64,000 nt of DNA. Origin: Opitutaceae bacterium. Its GTDB lineage: Bacteria; Verrucomicrobiota; Verrucomicrobiia; Opitutales; Opitutaceae. Below, piece after piece: positions 25,996-32,812 of this stretch; within the stretch, counting starts at the first letter, position 1; every line of letters starts with the position of its first letter. The stretch spans positions 9,286-73,285 of the forward strand of contig DASZQN010000045.1 of the NCBI GenBank assembly GCA_035549635.1, given 5' to 3'. The notes under the pieces were generated by a model, which did not search any database, was not told the origin of the DNA, and was given only the letters and a program-made list of their open reading frames with translations. Position numbers and translations under genes: made by a program.

Positions 25996-28101
25996 ATGAA
26001 CGACTCGTCCCGCCCGCCCAAACCCCTGATCCAGGTGCTTCCGATGCTCGTGGTGGCAGCCGTCCCCCTTGCGGCCTTTCTCGGTCTTTCGCTCGCCTTC
26101 CTTCTGGGCAAGCGGTTGCTGCCCGTTTACGGCGGGACCTTTGGCGGCTGGCTGGGTTGCGTGACCTACGGCCAGCTCGCGCTGCTGCTCGGCCAGGTGT
26201 GGGCGGCGTGGCTCCGGCGGCGGGATGCGCTGTTCCAGACTGCCGCCACCGCGGTCCTCAGCCTGCTGGCCGTGCTGACGTTCCACCTCCCCGACAATCA
26301 CCCGTCGGCCGGCGCCGGGCTCCTCCAGGCGATGTGGCGCCTTGCCCTCTCCAGCCTGCCTGCCGTCGTTCTGCTCGCCAGCGTCTCGCCGGTCCTGCAG
26401 GGCTGGCTTCGCCGCCGCGGCCAGGAAGTCCCCCCTTATCTCTATGCGCTTTCGAGCGTGGCGGCGCTCGGGGCCGTGTTCATCTATCCCTTCGTCATCG
26501 AGCCTGCCCTGCGCGTGTCGAACCAGGGGTTCTACTGGGAGGGAGGCCTGATCGTCCTCGCCGGCCTCCTGGCCGCGTCGGCATATATCTTCAAGCAGAC
26601 CGCGGGCGACTCCGGCAAGGAGCCCGTTTCAGGAGTCGCTCCGTCCACCTCCCTCGGCCTCCCGCTGCTGTGGCTCTGCTTGAGCGGCCTGACCTGCGTC
26701 AGCCTGCTCGGCGCGAGCTATTACCGCTCGATGGAGCTCGGATCGACGCCGCTGGCCTGGACCACGCCGCTGACCATTTATCTGCTCAGCATCGTGGTGA
26801 CCTTCTCCGGCCACTGGCGCCGATGGATGACCCTGACGACCGTCGTGTGGCTGGCGGCCAGCCTCACCGGCTTCCTGGTGGCGAAGCAGTCCCATCCGCA
26901 CGTCAACGGCGGCGTCGCCCCCTACCTCTTCTCACTCGCGGCCAGCGGGGCGTTCCTCGGCCACGCGTTGCTGCAGAGCCTGAGGCCGGCGCTGCACTCG
27001 GAAAAGTTCCTGTTCTGGGTCGCGACCGGCGGCCTGCTCGGCGCCGCGGCGGCCGCGACCATCATTCCCCGCCTGCTGCCCCAGCCGATCGAACTCGAAC
27101 TGGCCTCGGCTGGGCTGCTGGTCATGGGCATGCTCTGGCTCGTCGACCGGCATGACCCGGCGGTCGTCGCCGTCACCGCCGGCGTCCTCGTGATTCCCGT
27201 CCTCGGGCTCATCGTGCAGCAACGATATTTCGACGCGGCCGGCGGCGTGGTCCGCCGCGAGCGCGACTTCCACGGCAACATCTTCGTCCGGACCGACGCC
27301 CGCTGGGCGTCGCTCACCAGCTATGCCACGACTCGTGGCACCCAACTCCTGACCGATGCGGCCTCGCGCCGGCGCCCGACGCTTTATTACACCGAGAGCT
27401 CCGGCCTCGGCCGGGTCCTGCAGAAACTGCAGGCGGCCCGGCCGCGGATGAACGTCGGGGTGATCGGCCTCGGCGCGGGAACGCTCGCCGCGTATGCGCG
27501 GGCGGACGACACCTACGATTTCTGGGAGAACGATCCGAAGGTTCTGCGGGCGGCTCGCGAAAGCTTCACCTACGTCGCCGAGGCGGCGGGCCGGATCAAT
27601 CTCGTCCCCGGCGACGGCCGCCAGGCGCTGGAGGAATCCAAGACCGACTACGATCTGATCGTCGTCGACGCCTTCACCGGTGACGGGCCGCCGGCCTACC
27701 TGCTCACGCGCGAGGCGATGAGCGCTTACCTGAACCGGTTGAACGCGCGGGACGGGCTGCTGGTGATCCACGCCCAGGCGAACAACTACACGTTCTTCCC
27801 CGTCATCGAGGCCTCCGTGCGGACCCTGGCGCATTCGGCCCTCAATATCATCACCGAGATCAAGGAGACGACCGCCGACCGCGACCTGGATCCGCGGCCG
27901 ACGGAATACGTCGTCGTGTGCCGTCCGGAAAAGCGGCAGGAGATCGTGGATTGGGCTCCCGCCGAGGAAGACGGCGGACGGGTGACCCGCAAGGTCCAGG
28001 TCAACGACTCCGTGCTCGTGAATTCACAGCTGATCTGGAGCGACGATCGAAGCGCCGCATCTGACGCGCTCGACATGCCGCGGTTCATGGCCGCCCACTG
28101 A
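25996..28101 (+). CDS. Polytopic membrane protein fused to spermidine synthase-like (class I methyltransferase-fold) domain
   Basis: Start MNDSSRPPKP (ATG 25996), 17 bp after the radical SAM stop. About 12 TM segments are followed by NVGVIGLGAGTLAAY...NDPKVL...INLVPGDGRQAL...YDLIVVDAF, the SpeE-like aminopropyl/methyltransferase fold pattern. Confidence 0.75.
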   Translation: MNDSSRPPKPLIQVLPMLVVAAVPLAAFLGLSLAFLLGKRLLPVYGGTFGGWLGCVTYGQLALLLGQVWAAWLRRRDALFQTAATAVLSLLAVLTFHLPDNHPSAGAGLLQAMWRLALSSLPAVVLLASVSPVLQGWLRRRGQEVPPYLYALSSVAALGAVFIYPFVIEPALRVSNQGFYWEGGLIVLAGLLAASAYIFKQTAGDSGKEPVSGVAPSTSLGLPLLWLCLSGLTCVSLLGASYYRSMELGSTPLAWTTPLTIYLLSIVVTFSGHWRRWMTLTTVVWLAASLTGFLVAKQSHPHVNGGVAPYLFSLAASGAFLGHALLQSLRPALHSEKFLFWVATGGLLGAAAAATIIPRLLPQPIELELASAGLLVMGMLWLVDRHDPAVVAVTAGVLVIPVLGLIVQQRYFDAAGGVVRRERDFHGNIFVRTDARWASLTSYATTRGTQLLTDAASRRRPTLYYTESSGLGRVLQKLQAARPRMNVGVIGLGAGTLAAYARADDTYDFWENDPKVLRAARESFTYVAEAAGRINLVPGDGRQALEESKTDYDLIVVDAFTGDGPPAYLLTREAMSAYLNRLNARDGLLVIHAQANNYTFFPVIEASVRTLAHSALNIITEIKETTADRDLDPRPTEYVVVCRPEKRQEIVDWAPAEEDGGRVTRKVQVNDSVLVNSQLIWSDDRSAASDALDMPRFMAAH

Positions 28102-28115
28102 CCGTCGCGGAGGGG

Positions 28116-28724
28116 TCAGCCGCTCCGGCGCAGCCATTCGGCCAGGCGCGCCCACGCCCGGGCGCGGTGGCTGATGGAATTTTTCACCGCGTCGCCCAGC
28201 TCGGCAAAGGTCCGCCGGTGACCCGCCGGCACGAACAGCGGGTCATAACCGAACCCTGCGCCACCGCGCGGGGTGGAGAGAAGGTGGCCGCTGCAGACGC
28301 CCTCGAACACCTGCTCCACTCCGCCCGGCCCGGCGACGAACAACACGCAGACGAAATACGCGCCGCGCCGGCCTTCCGGGACGTCGCGCAGGGTGGTGAC
28401 CAGCTTCGCCAGGTTCGCCGCAGGATCGCCCTGAGGCCCTGCATAGTAAGCCGATTCCACGCCGGGTGCGCCGTCGAGCGCTTCCACGCACAATCCGCTG
28501 TCGTCGGCCAGGGCCCAGGCATCCGCCGGCAGCCGGGTCCGCAACGCCAGCGCCTTCTTGCGGGCGTTGCCGATAAAAGTTCCGGCATCCTCCGTCACCG
28601 GCGGCATCCCGCCCACGGTCCGCGCGGAAACGATCTCCACCGGCGCCGCCCCGCCCGCGGTCCGCGCCAGCGCGGAAAATTCCTCCGCCTTGTGCGCATT
28701 GCCCGAGGCCAGGTGGAATTTCAT
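28116..28724 (-). CDS. rdgB: dITP/XTP pyrophosphatase (Ham1/RdgB family)
   Basis: 202 aa with LASGNAHKAEEF, TFIGNARKKA, FGYDPLF and SHRARA motifs. Confidence 0.9.
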   Translation of the reverse strand: MKFHLASGNAHKAEEFSALARTAGGAAPVEIVSARTVGGMPPVTEDAGTFIGNARKKALALRTRLPADAWALADDSGLCVEALDGAPGVESAYYAGPQGDPAANLAKLVTTLRDVPEGRRGAYFVCVLFVAGPGGVEQVFEGVCSGHLLSTPRGGAGFGYDPLFVPAGHRRTFAELGDAVKNSISHRARAWARLAEWLRRSG

Positions 28725-28746
28725 GCCGCCACCCCCGTTCCGCGCC

Positions 28747-29907
28747 TCAGCGCACGTTGAACACCGTCTCGTCCACCAGCATCCGGTCCGGATAGACCAG
28801 GCGCCCGCGCATGAGCTCGTCGTCGCCGAAGGTCTCGTGGCGGATGTCGGTCAGGCGCACCGCCTGGTCGAGGCGCTCCGGCCGCAGCCCGCTGAAGACG
28901 CTCCGCGCCTTGTCGTCGGCGAACAGCACCGGCGCACGGTAGGCGAAGAGATAATCGAGCTGCCGGGCCCGCACCAGTTCGCTCAGCAGCTGCGCCCCGC
29001 CCTCGAAATAGACGCCGGCGATCCGCTCGGCGGCGCATTTCTGGCGGAAGTCGGCGAACGCCACGCGTTGGGTCGAGGACGGCAGGACCCAGACCTTCAC
29101 GCCGAGGTCCTGCAGTTTGCGCACGTACCCCAGCCCGCCGTGCGGTGTCGTCACCACCACGGTCCGGTCGTGAAATTCGTCGGTGTAGACCCGCGGCAGG
29201 TTCTGGTCGACGACGGTCCGGAGCAGGCCGTCGAAGACAAAGCGCCAGGGACACCACTCCGTGCCGTCGAGCCGCGCGGTGAGCCGGGGGTTGTCCCGCA
29301 GCACCGTCATGGCCCCGACCGCGATGCCGGGAAACAGCCGGCGCCAGCGGTGCACGTCCGCGCGGGCGCGCTCGTTGGTGATCCAGCGCGACTCGCCCGT
29401 CCGGCTCGCGATCTTGCCGTCCAGCGTCACGGCCGACTTGGCGGCAAACAGCGGCCGCTGCTCCGGGATCCAGTGGTTGAAAATCAGGTTCAGGTCGGCG
29501 CACTCGTCCGCCAGGACGCCGGTCACAACCTCGATGCCCGCCGCGCGCAGGATCTCGAAGCCCCGTCCCGCATGGGCGGGATTGGGGTCCGTCGCCCCGA
29601 CGACCACGCGCTTGAGACCCGCGGCGATGATCGCGTCGGTGCATGCCCCGGTGCGCCCCTCCGTCGAACACGGCTCGAGCGTCACGTACAGGGTCGCGTC
29701 CGGCCGCGGCGTCTTGCCGCGCGCCAGCAGGGCCAGGCGCTCCGCGTGGGGTCCTCCGTCCGGCGCGGTGGCGCCCTCGGCCACGATCCGCCCGTCCTCG
29801 ACGATCAGCGCCCCGACCATTGGGTTCGGGTGCGTCGTGCCCCAGACACCGCGCGCGAGCTCGAGCGCGCGCCGCATGAAGGGCTCGTGGTCAGAGGGGG
29901 ACGACAT
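28747..29907 (-). CDS. ribD: Bifunctional riboflavin biosynthesis deaminase/reductase RibD
   Basis: Start MSSPSDHEPFMRRALELA (ATG 29907-29905). CMP/dCMP-type zinc motifs HAERLAL and PCSTEGRTGACTDAI. C-terminal RibD_C reductase domain (KSAVTLDGKIA...). Confidence 0.9.
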   Translation of the reverse strand: MSSPSDHEPFMRRALELARGVWGTTHPNPMVGALIVEDGRIVAEGATAPDGGPHAERLALLARGKTPRPDATLYVTLEPCSTEGRTGACTDAIIAAGLKRVVVGATDPNPAHAGRGFEILRAAGIEVVTGVLADECADLNLIFNHWIPEQRPLFAAKSAVTLDGKIASRTGESRWITNERARADVHRWRRLFPGIAVGAMTVLRDNPRLTARLDGTEWCPWRFVFDGLLRTVVDQNLPRVYTDEFHDRTVVVTTPHGGLGYVRKLQDLGVKVWVLPSSTQRVAFADFRQKCAAERIAGVYFEGGAQLLSELVRARQLDYLFAYRAPVLFADDKARSVFSGLRPERLDQAVRLTDIRHETFGDDELMRGRLVYPDRMLVDETVFNVR

Positions 29908-30529
29908 AGGGGTTGTGCGCCTTCTCGCCGGCGACGGTCGTTTCCGGTCCGTGCCCGGGATGCACGATCGTCGGGTCTGGCAGAGAATAGATTTGTTCGC
30001 GAATCGATTTTTCCAGCGTCGGGAAGTCCCCGCCCGGCAGGTCCGTCCGGCCGATGCTGCCGTTGAACAGCGCGTCGCCCACGAACACCCGCCCCCACGA
30101 CGCAAAATAGAACAGCACGTTGCCCGGGCAGTGTCCCGGCACGTGGCGCACCTCGGCCTCCGTGCCGAGAGCCGCCAGCCGCTCGCCCGCCTTCAGCCAG
30201 TGATCCACGCGCACCGCCCGCAGACCCAGCCGCTCGCCCATGAAGCGCTCCATGATCTCCGGGGTCTCGATCATCGCCCGGTCCGCCGGATGCGCGCGCA
30301 CTTTCGCGCCGGTCGCCGCCACCACCTCCGCGCCGCCCTGCATATGGTCCCAGTGCCCGTGCGTCAGCCAGAGCTCCCCGAGGCGGCATTTCTCCGCGCG
30401 GAGGATCGGCTCCACATCGGCCCAGACGTCCCCGGGCGCGTCGATCAGCACGGCTTCGCCTCGCTCGGGCGCGGTGAGCAGATAGGCGTTGGTCTGGATC
30501 AGGCCGGCCGGCAGGACATGCAGTTTCAC
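29891..30529 (-). CDS. MBL-fold metallo-hydrolase (glyoxalase II-like)
   Basis: GTG start at 30529 (VKLHVLPAGLIQTNAYLL), with no in-frame ATG nearby. Has the HxHxDH motif THGHWDH and later HVPGHCPG. Only this 3' part of the 828-aa ORF 29891..32377 looks real. It overlaps the ribD start by 17 bp. Confidence 0.8.
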   Translation of the reverse strand: MKLHVLPAGLIQTNAYLLTAPERGEAVLIDAPGDVWADVEPILRAEKCRLGELWLTHGHWDHMQGGAEVVAATGAKVRAHPADRAMIETPEIMERFMGERLGLRAVRVDHWLKAGERLAALGTEAEVRHVPGHCPGNVLFYFASWGRVFVGDALFNGSIGRTDLPGGDFPTLEKSIREQIYSLPDPTIVHPGHGPETTVAGEKAHNPYVVPL

Positions 30530-30599
30530 GCCCGCCACTGCATGAGGTTTGTCCCGACCCGCAACGCCAAAGCGCGGCGGAAATCCGGACCGGCAGGTC

Positions 30600-30672
30600 T
30601 CGCGCAGAGGCGCAGGGACGCGGAGCCCGGAAGGCGAGATTCTTTTCTCCGCGCCTCCGTGTCTCTGCGCGA
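30600..30672. repeat. REP-like imperfect palindrome in divergent intergenic region
   Basis: The outer 10-bp stem is TCGCGCAGAG (30600-30609) with CTCTGCGCGA (30663-30672). The inner 7-bp stem is CGCGGAG (30619-30625) with CTCCGCG (30647-30653). Confidence 0.6.
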
Positions 30673-30700
30673 AACCGGCCGATTTTGTTCCGTTCCTGCT

Positions 30701-30722
30701 TTCCTGAGTTCCACATTTCACC
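30701..30722. repeat. Single copy of the TTCCTGAkTTCCACATT(T)CACC motif, also present as an inverted pair at 31554-31630
   Basis: TTCCTGAGTTCCACATTTCACC at 30701-30722 compares with TTCCTGATTTCCACATTCACC at 31610-31630. They differ by one substitution and one indel. Confidence 0.6.
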
Positions 30723-30757
30723 CCGGAACATTGCGAGGCTCGGGGTTTCCCAGACCC

Positions 30758-31540
30758 ATGCTTCGCCCCTCCCTGACCCTCGCGCTCGGTTTCCTCTTTT
30801 CGTCTTCCCTCCAGGCCGGCGTGCCGGAGCCGCTCGACGAGGCCTTCCAGAAGCTGGCCCGCGACAATGGCTCGTGGGCGTACACGCAGGTGAGCGTCTC
30901 CGTGGACAAGGATGGCAAGAGAGGCCCCGAGACGGTTTTCGTTTTCGATCCCTCGAAGCCGTTTCCCGAGCAATTCACGCCGCTCAAGATCAAGGGACAG
31001 CCCCCGACTGAAAAGCAGCTGGCGCAATACCGGCGCATGGGCGAGGCCCGCGAGCGGCGCCTCGAGCGGCAGACGGACAGCGCCCGCGACGAGCTCCTGC
31101 GGCTCAATGTGAGCGGCCGCTGGGTGATCGTCGACCTGGAGCACGCGACGGTCACCGAGACCAAGGCGGCCGCCCTCGTCTACGACATCCCCCTCCTCCC
31201 CGACGGACCCGGCGGCCTGCCGGTCGACCAGTTCCGCCTCGTCGCCCACGTGAACAAGGCGGACCGTGTCTTCGAGCAGGCCGAAATCACCCTGCGCTCC
31301 CCGCTCAAGCTCGGGACCTTCGCCAAGCTCAACGCCCTGAGCTATGCCTTCGGCTTCGCCCGCGTGGATGAAAAATACTCCCCCGCCCCCACGGCGCTCC
31401 ACATCGACCTTTCCGGGGCGATGTTCTTCTTCGGCCGGCGCGACGTCACCGACATCACCCGCCGGGATTTCCGGCACGTCACGCCCTACCGCTCCCGTTT
31501 CGACGTGAAGATCGGCCCGATGCGGACCATCGATTTCTGA
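30758..31540 (+). CDS. Secreted hypothetical protein
   Basis: Start MLRPSLTLALGFLFSSSLQAG (signal-peptide-like). 260 aa with a balanced composition unlike the R/G/P-rich spurious frames. Ends ...MRTIDF. No family recognised. Confidence 0.55.
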   Translation: MLRPSLTLALGFLFSSSLQAGVPEPLDEAFQKLARDNGSWAYTQVSVSVDKDGKRGPETVFVFDPSKPFPEQFTPLKIKGQPPTEKQLAQYRRMGEARERRLERQTDSARDELLRLNVSGRWVIVDLEHATVTETKAAALVYDIPLLPDGPGGLPVDQFRLVAHVNKADRVFEQAEITLRSPLKLGTFAKLNALSYAFGFARVDEKYSPAPTALHIDLSGAMFFFGRRDVTDITRRDFRHVTPYRSRFDVKIGPMRTIDF

Positions 31541-31553
31541 GGATGCGCTTCCC

Positions 31554-31626
31554 AATGTGGAAATCAGGAAAACGGGGATCGGATCCCCCATCGGAGGATA
31601 GAACCTCCTTTCCTGATTTCCACATT
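31554..31626. repeat. 18-bp perfect inverted repeat with 37-nt structured spacer between the hypothetical gene and leuB
   Basis: AATGTGGAAATCAGGAAA (31554-31571) pairs with TTTCCTGATTTCCACATT (31609-31626). The spacer contains the sub-hairpins GGGGATCGGATCCCC and GGAGG-N6-CCTCC. No U-tract follows. Confidence 0.75.
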
Positions 31627-31705
31627 CACCCTGCCTGTCCTTCTGAGGTGAAATTCGGAAGGGCTTGCCAGTCCGGGCCCCCGCTTGCCACTCTCCTCCT
31701 CCCCT

Positions 31706-32812
31706 ATGCCGACGCTCAAGTTTGCCGTTCTCGCTGGAGACTACATCGGACCCGAGGTCATGACCGAGGCCCTGCGCGTGCTGGAGCACGTCGCCCGGCA
31801 GGAGAAGCTCACGCTTGCCTACACCAAGGCCGACGTCGGCGGCGCCGGCATCGACAATCACGGCAAGGCGCTGCCCGACTCCACCGTGAAGCTCTGCGCC
31901 GAGTCCGACGCCATCCTGTTCGGCTCGGTCGGCGGACCGAAGTGGGAGAAGCTCCCGCCCAAGGACCAGCCCGAGCGCGCCGCGCTGCTGCCGCTGCGCA
32001 AGCACTTCACGCTCTTCGCCAATATCCGCCCCGGCCTGCTCTACCGCGAACTCACCGACGCCTCGCCGCTGAAGAGCGAGCGCATCCCGAACGGCATCGA
32101 CATCGTCTGCATCCGCGAACTCACCGGCGGCGTGTACTTCGGCAAGCCGAAGGAGACCACCCTCCTGCCCGACGGCGACATCCAGGCGGTCGACACGATG
32201 GTTTACCGCAAGAGCGAGATCGAGCGCATCCTCGCCACCGCCGTCACCGCCGCCCGCTCGCGCAAGAAAAAGCTCTGTTCGATCGACAAGGCCAACGTCC
32301 TCGAGACCTCCGTGCTCTGGCGCAAGACCGTGATCGACTACATGGCCAAGCACGCCCCGGAGATCGAGCTGAGCCACATGTACGTCGACAACGCCGCGAT
32401 GCAGCTGGCCCGCGATCCGAACCAGTTCGACGTCTTCGTCACCGAGAACATGTTCGGCGACATCCTTTCCGACGAGATGGCCGTCATCTGCGGCTCGCTC
32501 GGCATGCTGTCCTCCGCCTCCCTCGGCGCGGGGAAAAACTCCCTCGGCCTGCCTTTCGGCCTCTACGAGCCCGCGGGCGGCACCGCCCCGGACATCGCCG
32601 GCAAGGGCATCGCCAATCCCTGCGCGCAGATCCTGTCCGCCGCGCTCATGCTCCGCTTCAGTTTCGGCCTCGATAAAATCGCGACCCGCATCGAGGCCGC
32701 GGTCCGCGCCGCCGTCACCGGCGGCACGCGCACCGGCGACATCGCCTTCGGCAAGCCGTCCGTCGGCACCAGGGCCATGGCCGACGCCGTCATCGCCAAA
32801 CTTTCCGTTTAG
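31706..32812 (+). CDS. leuB: 3-isopropylmalate dehydrogenase
   Basis: Start [18 protein letters not shown] (ATG 31706). Motifs [11 protein letters not shown] and [10 protein letters not shown]. The stop overlaps the convergent kinase gene stop by 4 bp. Confidence 0.93.
   Translation: MPTLKFAVLAGDYIGPEVMTEALRVLEHVARQEKLTLAYTKADVGGAGIDNHGKALPDSTVKLCAESDAILFGSVGGPKWEKLPPKDQPERAALLPLRKHFTLFANIRPGLLYRELTDASPLKSERIPNGIDIVCIRELTGGVYFGKPKETTLLPDGDIQAVDTMVYRKSEIERILATAVTAARSRKKKLCSIDKANVLETSVLWRKTVIDYMAKHAPEIELSHMYVDNAAMQLARDPNQFDVFVTENMFGDILSDEMAVICGSLGMLSSASLGAGKNSLGLPFGLYEPAGGTAPDIAGKGIANPCAQILSAALMLRFSFGLDKIATRIEAAVRAAVTGGTRTGDIAFGKPSVGTRAMADAVIAKLSV

Noticed and set aside
29891-32377. 828-aa minus-strand ORF spanning the MBL hydrolase, the hypothetical gene and leuB.
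   Set aside because: Only the last 212 codons (GTG 30529) carry MBL motifs. The upstream part overlaps well-supported plus-strand genes and intergenic repeats.
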